IMG/VR virus record: IMGVR_UViG_3300011102_000062
DNA length: 64,000 bases
Source: a virus
Strand: one strand, 5' to 3'
Shown here: positions 17,855 to 27,805 of the stretch, in pieces
Position numbering within the stretch: the first letter of the stretch is position 1
Layout: each line of letters begins with the position of its first letter
The notes under the pieces: generated by a model
The model's database searches: none
The model's input: only the letters and a program-made list of their open reading frames with translations
What the model was told of the DNA's origin: nothing
Made by a program: the position numbers and the translations under genes

Positions 17855-20549
17855 ATGAGTGAATACCTACCAACGTACTTCCAGCAATACATTGCCATCA
17901 GCAAGTATGCAAGGTGGCTACCTGAAGAGAATCGTCGTGAGACGTGGGAAGAAACCGTTGACCGCTACATGAAGAATGTTGTAGAGCCAGCTCTCCTCTT
18001 AGATGCAGAGACAGGAGGTAGCCCACAAGAGCTGTATAACGAAATCCGTGAGGCTATCCTGAATCTGGAAGTAATGCCTAGTATGAGAGCATTAATGGTG
18101 GCAGGTCCTGCTCTAGACCGTGACCATATGGCTGCTTATAACTGTAGCTTCGTAGCCGTGGACAATCCGCGAGCTTTCGATGAAGCACTATACATCCTGA
18201 CCTGCGGCACAGGGCTAGGCTTCAGCTGTGAAGCGAAGTACATCAACAAGATGCCAGAAGTGGCAGAGGAGTTCCATGACACAGACTCTACAATTGTGGT
18301 TGCTGATACCCGCATTGGTTGGGCTAGTAGCTTCCGCGAGCTTATTGCTATGCTCTACGCAGGTAAGCTTCCTAAAGTGGATGTATCCAAAGTTAGACCT
18401 AGAGGAGAACGTCTTCTCGTATTTGGAGGCAGAGCTTCGGGTCCTGAACCTCTCCTTGATCTGTTTAACTATACCATTCGTGTGTTTCGTAATGCGGCTG
18501 GTCGTAGGCTAAATGACATAGAAGTACATGGCATCATGTGTAAGATCGGAGAGGTGGTGGTAGCGGGTGGCGTAAGGCGTTCTGCTCTCATCAGTCTGTC
18601 TGACCTAAGCTCCGACCGCATGGCTAGAGCCAAGAGCGGTCAGTGGTGGATTGAACATCCGGAGTATGCGCTAGCCAATAATTCCGCCGTGTTCGATGAG
18701 AAGCCCACAACCGGGGCTTTCATGCAGGAATGGAGGAACTTATATGAATCCAAATCAGGTGAAAGAGGCATCTACAATCGGCAAGGAATTAGAGCTAAGA
18801 CTGAATCAATTGGACGACGCGATCCAAATCTTATTGCTGGAACAAACCCGTGCGGTGAAATCGCTTTACGATCTGCCGGACTATGCAATCTCACGGAAGT
18901 TGTCGTCAGACAAGGAGATAATCTCGACGATCTTAAACGCAAAGCTAGAATTGCTACGATACTTGGCACAATCCAATCGACCTTCACAGACTTCCGTTAC
19001 GTCCGATCCATCTGGAAGCGAAACGCAGAAGAGGAACGACTGCTAGGAGTCAGCCTTACGGGCATCTACGATAACAGCTTGCTTAGCAATACCGATGGCG
19101 ATCTACTTCGCAACACCTTAGAAGAGCTAAAGGAGTATTGTGGGGAAGTTAACAGAGAGTTCGCAGAGAGGTTGGGTATTAACCCTAGCGTTGCTATTTC
19201 CACTGTTGAGCAATTAGCAGCCTAAGAGAGAAATCTCTTTTGAATAACCGGATGAATTGCTGGAAACCTAAGTCGAAAGATAAGGCAATCAGCAGCCAAG
19301 CTCCGAAAGGAGAAGGTTCAGAGACTATACCGCAAGGTAGTAGGCTTCAAGTGAAGCCCAAGCGTCCGGCCCCTATATAGGGTGATGATATAGTCCGATC
19401 CCTGCGGAAACGCAGGGCAGCTTAGGAAGAAGAATGTACTTATATCAAGCACAGAATAAAATCAACGGCAAGAAGTATTACGGTATAACGGTAAATCTTC
19501 CTCGCCGAAAAGCAGTACATAAATATTGTGCTTTGTCTGGAATGAAAAGCAAATTCTACACAGCAATCAGGAAGCACGGCTGGGAGAATTTTGAGTGGAC
19601 CATTCTGGAAGAAGGAACAGACAGCAATATAGCTCAAAGAGAAATAGAGCTAATAGCAAATGATCCTAATTGCTACAATCTTCATCCGGGCGGAAAGCAA
19701 GGCTTTAATGTAATGACAAGTGATAGAGCGGAAGAATGGGTAGCCAAACTCCGCAAAGCTAGAAAGGGTAGAAAACCCTTTGCTGGCAAAAATCACAGTG
19801 GTATTACTAAGAAGCTTTGTGGTGAGTACGGCAAACTTAGATGGGATATTTATGGACGATACCCATCCGAAGTTCTAGACTATTGCTTTAAAGAAGCAAA
19901 CCAAAAGTTTGGAATTAGCAAGACTCACTATTACCGCTTAAAGAAAGCGGCGACGAAATAACGAATCGTCGTGAACTATTGTAAGCCATCAGGAACCGTA
20001 TCGCAGCTGGTTAACTCGGCTAGCGGTATCCATCCCCGGCACAGCGCCTACTACATCAGAGCAGTCAGACAGGACAACAAGGACCCGCTGACGCAGTTCA
20101 TGAAGGATGCTGGCATTCCTTGGGAAGATCAGATTGGTAATCCCAACGGCACTGTCTTCTTCTTCCCTGTAGCAGCGCCAGAAGGAGCGGTCACTAGGGA
20201 TCAGGTGGACCCTATCAGTCATTTGGAACTATGGAAGATTTACAATGAGCACTGGTCTGAGCATCAGGTCAGCATCACAGTCAGCATCAAGGAAGATGAG
20301 TGGATGAAGGTAGGAGCATGGGTGTACGACAACTTCGATGAGTTGACAGGAGTAAGCTTCCTGCCTATGGATGGCGGCACATACAAGCAAGCTCCGTACA
20401 CGGAAGTCACCAAGGAACAGTACGAGGAGATGCTGGCTAAGATGCCTGAGTCCATAGACTGGACACAGTTACAGAAGTACGAGCTAGAGGATGGTACTAC
20501 CTCGGCACGAGAGTTTGCTTGTACGGCAGGGGCCTGTGAGATACTATGA
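17855..20549 (+). CDS. nrdJ: class II (B12-dependent) ribonucleotide reductase, spliced: exons 17855..19206 + 19982..20549
   Basis: PSMR, YNCSF, GGVRRSA, TNPCGEI, CNLTE; spliced AISTVKPSGTVSQL; C-terminal CTAGAC. Confidence 0.9.
19207..19981 (+). mobile_element. group I intron in nrdJ
   Basis: core elements GAATTGCTGGAAA, AATCAGCAGCCAAG, TTCAGAGACTA, GATATAGTCC; exon CUGU pairs with IGS GCAG; terminal G; restores frame. Confidence 0.9.
19434..19961 (+). CDS. intron-encoded GIY-YIG homing endonuclease
   Basis: YLY...KKYYGIT...R; AIRKHG; E; YNL. Confidence 0.85.
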   Translation: MYLYQAQNKINGKKYYGITVNLPRRKAVHKYCALSGMKSKFYTAIRKHGWENFEWTILEEGTDSNIAQREIELIANDPNCYNLHPGGKQGFNVMTSDRAEEWVAKLRKARKGRKPFAGKNHSGITKKLCGEYGKLRWDIYGRYPSEVLDYCFKEANQKFGISKTHYYRLKKAATK

Positions 20550-20770
20550 GTAATGTGGTGCATATTGGATTCCCTCCTCTGACAGATATCCCGGCCTGTC
20601 TTAGATTTCTAGCGGACAATTTGGAAGAGAGGAATGATGTGGCTTCTGTCGTGATTGCAGTAGAAACGTACAATGACAACATAGAGAAGTATAACTACGG
20701 AGAAGTTAAGACCCGTAGTGAGTTGGTAGGGATTCTGACGAGGGCAGCAATTGATGCAAAGCTTTACTGA
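20546..20770 (+). CDS. hypothetical protein
   Basis: ATGA coupling. Confidence 0.6.
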   Translation: MSNVVHIGFPPLTDIPACLRFLADNLEERNDVASVVIAVETYNDNIEKYNYGEVKTRSELVGILTRAAIDAKLY

Positions 20771-21071
20771 GTACACGCAGTTCGTAAAGGGAATGAAAGT
20801 CTACCCTGAGAAACATGCCATCGTCTACCCGGCCCTAGGTCTGGTAGGTGAGGCAGGAGAAATCTCAGAAAAGGTGAAGAAGTGGTTACGAGGTGACAGG
20901 GAATTGGACAGGGAAGGTTTGCTAGGAGAACTCGGTGATCCATTGTGGTACCTGACTAGCCTAGCAGATGATCTTGGCTACACCCTGCAAGATGTGATTG
21001 ATTACAACGTAGCAAAGCTGACCTCCCGTAAGGAGCGAGGCGTTTTGAAAGGATCAGGAGACAACCGATGA
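20754..21071 (+). CDS. MazG-like NTP pyrophosphohydrolase
   Basis: LGLVGEAGE...ELGD..WY; GSGDNR C-terminus. Confidence 0.85.
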   Translation: MQSFTEYTQFVKGMKVYPEKHAIVYPALGLVGEAGEISEKVKKWLRGDRELDREGLLGELGDPLWYLTSLADDLGYTLQDVIDYNVAKLTSRKERGVLKGSGDNR

Positions 21072-21256
21072 GTAATGAAACGAACTATGGTCGTGGTACT
21101 AAGTTCCGAGTGAGTGCCAAGCAGCGACTTGAGTTGGTCAAGCAGGCATGGGAAAACTTCAAGGATGCTGTGGAGCCGGACATTGACAAGCTTCAGCAGG
21201 ACATTGAAGATGCCCTGACCGGAAAGCTTGAGCCCAAGAACAAGCCGGTAGAGTAA
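21068..21256 (+). CDS. hypothetical protein
   Basis: coupled ORF. Confidence 0.55.
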   Translation: MSNETNYGRGTKFRVSAKQRLELVKQAWENFKDAVEPDIDKLQQDIEDALTGKLEPKNKPVE

Positions 21257-21257
21257 A

Positions 21258-21551
21258 ATGTGCGTGGTGTCCTTTATAGGGGACCACTATAGGGACAGGC
21301 TGTGGCCCCCGGCCCAGCCTCCCTACACTATCCCCAACGATCCTCTACCTGATATCACTAAGCGATTAGTTGAAAGACAGACTGTCACTCGTGAAGAGTT
21401 TGAAGCTCTCAAGCGAGAGATTGAGTCCATGAAGAAGCTCCTCGACAAGGCCAAGAAGTACGATCAAGAGGTAGGCAACCCAGACTGTGAGGATGACGGC
21501 AAATGGGAACTGCTTCGCAAGATAGCCGAGAAGGTAGGAGTAGAACTGTGA
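21258..21551 (+). CDS. hypothetical protein
   Basis: MCVVS..GDHY and PDCE motifs typical of a phage family. Confidence 0.6.
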   Translation: MCVVSFIGDHYRDRLWPPAQPPYTIPNDPLPDITKRLVERQTVTREEFEALKREIESMKKLLDKAKKYDQEVGNPDCEDDGKWELLRKIAEKVGVEL

Positions 21552-22084
21552 CCACTGTCTGTGGAACAGGCCACCGCCCAGACAAACTGGGCGGGTACGG
21601 CTACGATGTTCACAAGAACTTGATAGCCGTAGCCGATCAGTGGCTAAGGGAGAATGCTCCCGACAGGGTGATTAGCGGAGGAGCCCTTGGATGGGATCAA
21701 GCCTTAGCTCACGCAGCTAGGCGCTTGGGGATTCCATACATCATGGCTTTGCCGTTCAATGGATTCGAAAGCAGGTGGCCTCAGACCTCCGTGCAGTACC
21801 TATCTAGTTTATGTGATGGAGCAACCAGAGTAGTGTACGTCTGTGATCCGGGGTACGCTCCTTGGAAGATGCAAAAGCGTAACGAATGGATGGTGCAGAA
21901 TGCGAGGCAAGTACTTGCGTTGTGGAATGGCACCGATGGCGGCACAGCTAACTGTGTGAGGTACGCTGAGAGTGTAGGTAAGCCAGTGATTAACTTGTGG
22001 AACAAGTATAAGCCTTATATGGAATACGATCCTCGTGACTTCTTAAACGTCGAGGAAGACTTTGATGGGATGGACATACCATGA
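21548..22084 (+). CDS. SLOG-fold protein (YspA/DUF1273-like)
   Basis: TGHRP, SGGALGWD, MQKRNEWMV, GGTANCVRYA. Confidence 0.85.
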   Translation: MTTVCGTGHRPDKLGGYGYDVHKNLIAVADQWLRENAPDRVISGGALGWDQALAHAARRLGIPYIMALPFNGFESRWPQTSVQYLSSLCDGATRVVYVCDPGYAPWKMQKRNEWMVQNARQVLALWNGTDGGTANCVRYAESVGKPVINLWNKYKPYMEYDPRDFLNVEEDFDGMDIP

Positions 22085-22554
22085 TCCTTGAGAAAGGCAA
22101 CATGTGGAGTGTATGGGGCAAGACAGACTTGTTCCTGTTCACTTCCAATCCTATAGTGAACAAGGATGGTCTAGCTGTCATGGGCAGAGGTATTGCAAGG
22201 CAGTTAGCTGACAGACACCCAGAAGTCCGAAGGGAATTTGGGCGCTACCTAACTGACCCAGACCCTACGTTTTATTTCTGTGATAGATTGGGCGTGTTTG
22301 ATAATCAGTTGGTAGGATTCTTTATGGTCAAGAATCATTGGAGAGAACCTGCTAATCTTGATGTTATCAAGAACAGCACAAGCGAATTGCGGCTAATGGC
22401 TGACCACTATGATAGGGTTGATCTGAACTTTCCCGGCATCGGCAATGGCAGACTAAAGAGAGAGGAAGTTCTTCCTATCATTGAACATCTTCCTGATAAT
22501 GTCCATGTGTGGGAGTTCTCTCATACAGGAGAGAAGGAATTCTGGGAGGGATGA
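22081..22554 (+). CDS. macrodomain (ADP-ribose binding/hydrolase) protein
   Basis: GNMW, TSN, VMGRGIA, VKNHW, PGIGNG. Confidence 0.75.
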   Translation: MILEKGNMWSVWGKTDLFLFTSNPIVNKDGLAVMGRGIARQLADRHPEVRREFGRYLTDPDPTFYFCDRLGVFDNQLVGFFMVKNHWREPANLDVIKNSTSELRLMADHYDRVDLNFPGIGNGRLKREEVLPIIEHLPDNVHVWEFSHTGEKEFWEG

Positions 22555-22555
22555 T

Positions 22556-22726
22556 ATGAAGTATTGGGTTGACCCTGTTCAGGGATGGCGATATGGGTTC
22601 CCGAAAGTATGGGACAGCGGCGCTGACAAGGACATGGCCGAGTGGTTGGAGAAACACAACTACCCTTTGAACGACTACCCTGACATTGTAAGGATGTGGC
22701 CCTACGAGGAAGGAGATGATGAATGA
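22556..22726 (+). CDS. small hypothetical protein
   Basis: DPVQGWRYGFPK motif; GGAGG RBS. Confidence 0.6.
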   Translation: MKYWVDPVQGWRYGFPKVWDSGADKDMAEWLEKHNYPLNDYPDIVRMWPYEEGDDE

Positions 22727-22767
22727 ATCATACAAATCTAATCCCGATTGTAGATGCAGATGTATAA
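22723..22767 (+). pseudogene. orphaned original 5' end of exonuclease gene (MNHTNLIPIVDADV*)
   Basis: near-duplicate of peptide at 23224; ATGA-coupled to upstream gene. Confidence 0.7.
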
Positions 22768-23227
22768 ACGTTGTGGACATTGTAAGGAAACAAAACTTAT
22801 AACTGAATTCCATAATGATAAGAAAGGATCATTTGGAAAATCTAGTAGGTGTAAACCGTGCGCAAATAAGTGGTCACGTTTTCATCACCATAGAAAAATG
22901 AGAGAAGTTCCTGAGTACAAAGAAGCACAGAGAAACAATCATTTCAAAACTCGGTATGGAATTTCTGCTGATGAATACGATTCTAGGTGTAGTCAAGCAG
23001 ACAAGGATGGATGCGCTATATGCGGCATTAAACAGCCTAACGGAACTAGATGGAAGGACAAGTGGCATTTAGACCATTGCCATTCTACAGGAAAAGTCCG
23101 AGGTATGTTGTGTGGCAATTGCAACAGAGGTCTTGGTCAATTTCAAGATAGCGAGGAGATTATGACTAAAGCAATTGATTACCTAAAGAAGCACAGAGAG
23201 ACTTCTAAGGAGGGTAATGGTCCATGA
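22754..23227 (+). CDS. Endonuclease VII-family (HNH) free-standing homing endonuclease
   Basis: CAIC...LDHCHSTGKVRGMLCGNCNRGLG; AT-rich. Confidence 0.85.
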   Translation: MQMYKRCGHCKETKLITEFHNDKKGSFGKSSRCKPCANKWSRFHHHRKMREVPEYKEAQRNNHFKTRYGISADEYDSRCSQADKDGCAICGIKQPNGTRWKDKWHLDHCHSTGKVRGMLCGNCNRGLGQFQDSEEIMTKAIDYLKKHRETSKEGNGP

Positions 23228-23996
23228 AGAATACTCATCTTATTCCTATCGTGGACGCTTAGCCGACTTCATCACATACCGAGTGGGCTTTGCTGTCAAG
23301 GAAGACGAGCCTGTAGAGAATGCCCTATCTACCGTAAGACATATCATTCACAACATCTGGGATCGATTTCCTGATAGCCCGGAGCCGGGCAAGCTCTTCA
23401 TCTCTGGAAAGAATAACTTCCGAGACTACCTACCTTGTTCAGATGAGGTATTCCTAGAAAGCCCTAAGTATTACAAGGGCAATCGAGACCCCTCGCTGAG
23501 GCCGCACTACTATGATGATATCCGTGAATACATGATCCACGTACACGGAGCCATTCCTGTTGACGGCATGGAAGCCGAAGATGCGGCAGCGATCTACCAC
23601 TACAGCAAGAAGGATAGATCGACGGTGCTGGTACACCAAGACAAGGACCTGTTGTGCATTCCGGGCTGGCATTGGAATCCTGTTAAGATGGATTCCGTAT
23701 ACTACGTCACGATGCAGGAAGCCAATAAGAATTTCTGGAAGCAAGTGCTGACAGGAGACAGGACGGACAACATTAGAGGCATAGACGGTATTGGGGTAAA
23801 GACAGCTGATAAACTGATCGACCCTTGTGATGGCGATTGGATGAAGATGCACGATACAGTGCTAGCTCATTACAGGAAACAATACGGAGATAACGCTGAA
23901 GCCAGAATGGATGCTACCTGTAAGCTAGTATGGATACTAAGAAAAGAAGGAGAAACATATGACGGACAACCGATTGTGGCAAAACCCGTGGGATGA
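23224..23996 (+). CDS. 5'-3' exonuclease / flap endonuclease (T7 gp6-like); likely read as 23224..23259 joined to 23265..23996
   Basis: NFR, YKGNR, EAED, DKDL, GDRTDNIRG motifs; N-terminal IVDAD motif is restored only by skipping 5 nt. Confidence 0.8.
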
Positions 23997-24097
23997 TCGG
24001 TGGTACTTTTGGGATGAATCGTGGCTGGTATGCCACGGACCCTTAAATGAGTATGTAGAAGCTCATGCTGCCATGAGCAAGCAGATTGAGGAACAGC

Positions 24098-24514
24098 GTG
24101 GCAAAGAAAACAACCAAGTCCCCAACTGTTCGTAAGAGGGCTGCCAGAACACCCCCCTACGAACACTACCCTTCGTGGAGCGAGGCAAAGTTTTGGGGAT
24201 TCTTACGTTCTGCTCTCAGGTCTGCTTATAATAAATACCCTCCTAAATGGGAGGTACTAAGAGCAGCCAAACGTCCTTACAAAGGAAAAGATAAGAGGCA
24301 GAAGTGGGAGTTCCAGTGTAATAGCTGTAAGAAGTGGAAAAAGCAAAAGGACGTATCAGTCGATCATATTGTTCCGGCCGGTGCGCTGTCCTCGTATGAG
24401 GATATTGTAGGTTTTACCCAACGCCTGTTCGTTGGCACAGACGGTTTACAGGTGCTCTGCAAGGAGTGCCATCATTCTAAAACGCAAGAGGAGCGCAATG
24501 GAAAATCTGGATAA
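24098..24514 (+). CDS. HNH endonuclease
   Basis: FLRSALRS, CNSC, VDHIVP, LQVLCKECH. Confidence 0.8.
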   Translation: MAKKTTKSPTVRKRAARTPPYEHYPSWSEAKFWGFLRSALRSAYNKYPPKWEVLRAAKRPYKGKDKRQKWEFQCNSCKKWKKQKDVSVDHIVPAGALSSYEDIVGFTQRLFVGTDGLQVLCKECHHSKTQEERNGKSG

Positions 24515-24749
24515 TGTGACCCATAAGGTTATTGTTACGATTGGTTCTATCAATGATGCTGAAGATGTGGGTGTGCAAGTTAGCTTTGATCCTGAAATGA
24601 CAGGAGAGGAGTACCAGAAGCTAGGCTACCAGCCAGCTAGTCATCAGTTCTTGGAGCAGTTTATCCTGCCTCTTCTAGAGAACATCTATATGAGGACCAC
24701 ATTTCCAGAGCTGTATGACGAGGACGGTCCTGATATTACGGTGAATTAA
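24498..24749 (+). CDS. hypothetical protein
   Basis: GAGGAG RBS. Confidence 0.6.
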   Translation: MENLDNVTHKVIVTIGSINDAEDVGVQVSFDPEMTGEEYQKLGYQPASHQFLEQFILPLLENIYMRTTFPELYDEDGPDITVN

Positions 24750-25492
24750 TGAGGATTCTATTTCTGGACTTGGAGACAGCTCCAAATATAGTACACTCGT
24801 GGGGTCTCTGGCAGCAGACAATCGGAATCAATCAGATTGTGAAGTCAGGGTACACCCTATGCTGGAGCGCGAAATGGCTGGGCGAAAAGCAAATAATGTA
24901 TTCTGGCCTTGACACTGACAGCAACAAGAACATGCTGAAGAAGATTCATAAGCTGCTATCTGAAGCAGATGCTGTGGTGACCTACAACGGAAACCGCTTC
25001 GACTTGCCGACATTGAACAAGGAGTTCATTAAGGCAGGACTCAAGCCACCTGCTCCTTACAAGAAGATCGACCTACTTACGGTTGCGCGTAGTCAGTTCA
25101 AGTTCACGTCCAATAAGCTAGATTATGTTGCACAGTTTTTAGGACTGGGTGCTAAGGAAAAGCACAAGGGCCACGACCTGTGGATCGGGTGCATGAACGG
25201 GGATGAGAAGAGCTGGAAGATCATGCAGAAGTACAACAAGCAGGATGTTAACCTGCTAGAGAAGGTATACGACAGGATGCTGCCGTGGATTCCACGTCAT
25301 GCCAACTGGTCCGTATTCCAGAACTCTCTGGTCTGTCCGAACTGCGGCGGTCTGCACTTCCAGAAGCGAGGGCTGTACCACAGTCAGGCTGGTACCTACC
25401 AGCGTTATCAGTGCAACAAGTGCGGTACGTGGTTTAAGGATAACAAGAACATGGTGAGAGGTACCATGAAAACAATGCAGGTTTCTACATAA
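24749..25492 (+). CDS. RNase H-fold 3'-5' exonuclease with C-terminal Zn ribbon
   Basis: LDLET, YNGNRFDLP, YNKQDV; CPNC...CNKC. Confidence 0.85.
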   Translation: MRILFLDLETAPNIVHSWGLWQQTIGINQIVKSGYTLCWSAKWLGEKQIMYSGLDTDSNKNMLKKIHKLLSEADAVVTYNGNRFDLPTLNKEFIKAGLKPPAPYKKIDLLTVARSQFKFTSNKLDYVAQFLGLGAKEKHKGHDLWIGCMNGDEKSWKIMQKYNKQDVNLLEKVYDRMLPWIPRHANWSVFQNSLVCPNCGGLHFQKRGLYHSQAGTYQRYQCNKCGTWFKDNKNMVRGTMKTMQVST

Positions 25493-25501
25493 GACGAGTA
25501 T

Positions 25502-25897
25502 ATGAGCAAACACAACCGGCTAGCTAATAGCAGCAATCGTTTCCAGACTAACGCAAAGCGTGTGCTATGCCTGTGCTCGGCGGGGCTTCTTAGAAGCCCC
25601 ACTATGGCGAACACCTTGAACCGGCACTTCGGGTTCAACACCCGAGCAGCTGGCGTGGCACAGGAATACGCCCTTATTCCTGTTGATGAGGTGCTTATCG
25701 ATTGGGCTGATGAAATTGTCTGTGCAGAGCAGAGCGTAGCCGACCAGCTACATGACTTCATTGCCAACCATGTAGACAATGCAATAGTAAATGTTCCCAA
25801 GATCATCACCCTTAATATCCCTGATGCTTACGACTGGGGCGATCCTAGGCTGGTGAGACAAATCCTCAAGCAATACAAAGAAGCAACCAACACATAA
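25502..25897 (+). CDS. low-molecular-weight phosphatase-like protein (CX5R)
   Basis: VLCLCSAGLLRSPT; WADEIV; LNIPD. Confidence 0.8.
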   Translation: MSKHNRLANSSNRFQTNAKRVLCLCSAGLLRSPTMANTLNRHFGFNTRAAGVAQEYALIPVDEVLIDWADEIVCAEQSVADQLHDFIANHVDNAIVNVPKIITLNIPDAYDWGDPRLVRQILKQYKEATNT

Positions 25898-25906
25898 GGA
25901 GAAATA

Positions 25907-26155
25907 ATGTATATCGCATTCGAAAAGAACAAGATGTTTGAGCCCGAGAGCCGCGTGATGTTTCTCGGCGAAGATGTGGTAGAGGCTATTGCCAACTATC
26001 ACATCCTGCAAAGCAATGACCCAAAGTCGGTGTGGGTCTTGGCTCAGATCATTGACGAGAATAACAGTCAAGTGTACAACATCGTAGTCAATGTTCTGAA
26101 GAAGCTGGAGGACAGCCGGCCTAAGGAAGAAAAGGAGGTAGCCATTGGTAATTGA
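25907..26155 (+). CDS. hypothetical protein
   Basis: TAAGGAG RBS. Confidence 0.65.
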   Translation: MYIAFEKNKMFEPESRVMFLGEDVVEAIANYHILQSNDPKSVWVLAQIIDENNSQVYNIVVNVLKKLEDSRPKEEKEVAIGN

Positions 26156-26304
26156 AGCAGCCGCACGTTTTGAAAAGGCTAGAGAAGCAGCAGTCTTGGC
26201 TCGCTCAGGAGCTGCCAAGATGAGGATGGCTCGTATTGTCGCAGCCAACCCCGGTATGGCAAAGGCATTCGCTGCCTTGGTAAAGGCAGAGTTGGAGTCT
26301 CGCC

Positions 26305-26565
26305 GTGACAAGAGAACATGACGAAGAAGAACTAGAGTACGAGGATGCCTCCTCTTTCGGAGAGGCGTTCCCTTACGCTCTAAGGATGGAGCAGGGGAAT
26401 GTTGTGGTGTTCAACGCCGATGAATTCGTTGAGACCTTCGGAGCCTTGATCCTGCAAGTCACGGACGATGGCAGTGTCTTCTACCTAACCCGAGACGGGG
26501 AATGGAAGTCCTTCCCCGTAGCCGGGGTCAAGTCTAATAAGAAACCTAACCTAAAACCTGTCTAA
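26305..26565 (+). CDS. hypothetical protein
   Basis: GGAG RBS, GTG start. Confidence 0.55.
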   Translation: MTREHDEEELEYEDASSFGEAFPYALRMEQGNVVVFNADEFVETFGALILQVTDDGSVFYLTRDGEWKSFPVAGVKSNKKPNLKPV

Positions 26566-26579
26566 TAAGCAGACAATGT

Positions 26580-26620
26580 AAAAGCCCTGTAGGATCGCTC
26601 CTACGGGGCTTCTTTCTTTT
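26580..26620. terminator. bidirectional terminator between converging arms
   Basis: AAAAGCCCTGTAGGA...TCCTACGGGGCTTCTTT. Confidence 0.8.
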
Positions 26621-26655
26621 GACTACCTACCCTAGAGGTGATGGCTAGATGCCTG

Positions 26656-27024
26656 TTAGCGGCCGTCCTGCTCGGCTTTTGATGGAGTGTCAGGCTGGAG
26701 AGCACGTATCTTCTCCATCCTTTCGGCACAATCCTCACTATAAGGAACGCCTAGCTTATAAGCTTCCACAATGGACTCCACCCTGCGGTCCTTGGAGTAC
26801 ACTACAACGCAGGGCTGAGTGAGGGAAGGAGGTAGACGGACTAACTTTTCCACTTCCTTCTCCACAATCTGTGGTTCTGTAATTGTACGCTCTACGATGT
26901 TCTCTACCTGCTCCTGCCTCTGCTGTCTGTCCCTGTACTCCGTTACCTTGGTACGGATAGTGCCACATCCAGCCAGCAAGGCTAGTATTAGCGCGGCGCA
27001 AGCGGTATTGTGATAGTTTTGCAT
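26656..27024 (-). CDS. o-spanin-like lipoprotein
   Basis: LLAGC lipobox, Pro/Cys-containing C-terminus. Confidence 0.7.
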   Translation of the reverse strand: MQNYHNTACAALILALLAGCGTIRTKVTEYRDRQQRQEQVENIVERTITEPQIVEKEVEKLVRLPPSLTQPCVVVYSKDRRVESIVEAYKLGVPYSEDCAERMEKIRALQPDTPSKAEQDGR

Positions 27025-27404
27025 ATCTCAAGCTCCATCAATTCAGCGCACTTAGGGTCCGCCTTGGCGTCTGCTATCTCTTGTTTTGCTCTAGCTAACT
27101 CCTTGCGCATGTCGGCCTCTCGCAGCTGTGCTGCTCTGGATTCTGCGGCTAGCTGTCTCTGTAGAGCATCTCTCTTCTCGGCAGCTTCTTTGGCTCTGGC
27201 TTTCTCAAGTGCTTCGTAGCTGGCGTTAGCCTTACGTAGCGTAGCTAGCTCTGCTGCTGTCTCGGCATCTAGCTGACCGCAGTCCACGTCGGTGTCGAGC
27301 TTAAAGCCGAGCCACACTCCGCCGCCGACGGCAGCGGTCAATACTCCAACCTGTATCCACACAATGTACGGAGCTATACCAGCCTTAATTGCATTTAGTT
27401 TCAT
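26988..27404 (-). CDS. i-spanin (Rz-like)
   Basis: N-terminal TM then coiled coil; overlaps lipoprotein gene. Confidence 0.7.
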   Translation of the reverse strand: MKLNAIKAGIAPYIVWIQVGVLTAAVGGGVWLGFKLDTDVDCGQLDAETAAELATLRKANASYEALEKARAKEAAEKRDALQRQLAAESRAAQLREADMRKELARAKQEIADAKADPKCAELMELEICKTITIPLAPR

Positions 27405-27805
27405 GCTTGTTGCCCCTTCTTTAATCTCCACTCTCCGCTAATGTACTTCCACCAAGGAGGCTGGTGAGGAGAAGTAAGCAGCAGACCTGCCACTCCCCAG
27501 AATGTCAGCACTGTGTACCACGACGGGAATGCGTTACTATAGCCGATCAGAGGGGCAACGGCCAAGGCTGTCGAGCCGGCACCCGCCAGTGTTAGGGAGA
27601 TTCTTCTGAAGAACCAGTTCTTGCCTACAGCTGTAATGTCCTTAACTCTTGCCAGCGTGGTGATGGCTATTATAAGCCATGCAGGAAGTGTGGCTGCCCA
27701 CGTGGCCCATCCGGGCGTGAACTCGGGGCCTACCCAATTTAACGTTAGCAGGACAAGCGCGGCCAGCACTGTTTGTTTTGCAATAACTCTGTTATAACCC
27801 TTCAT
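27401..27805 (-). CDS. membrane protein, holin/antiholin candidate
   Basis: four hydrophobic segments, in lysis cluster. Confidence 0.55.
   Translation of the reverse strand: MKGYNRVIAKQTVLAALVLLTLNWVGPEFTPGWATWAATLPAWLIIAITTLARVKDITAVGKNWFFRRISLTLAGAGSTALAVAPLIGYSNAFPSWYTVLTFWGVAGLLLTSPHQPPWWKYISGEWRLKKGQQA

Noticed and set aside
22768..23223. Group I intron around the Endo VII endonuclease
   Set aside because: The ORF fills the interval and no P4/P7 core elements like those in the two real introns are visible.
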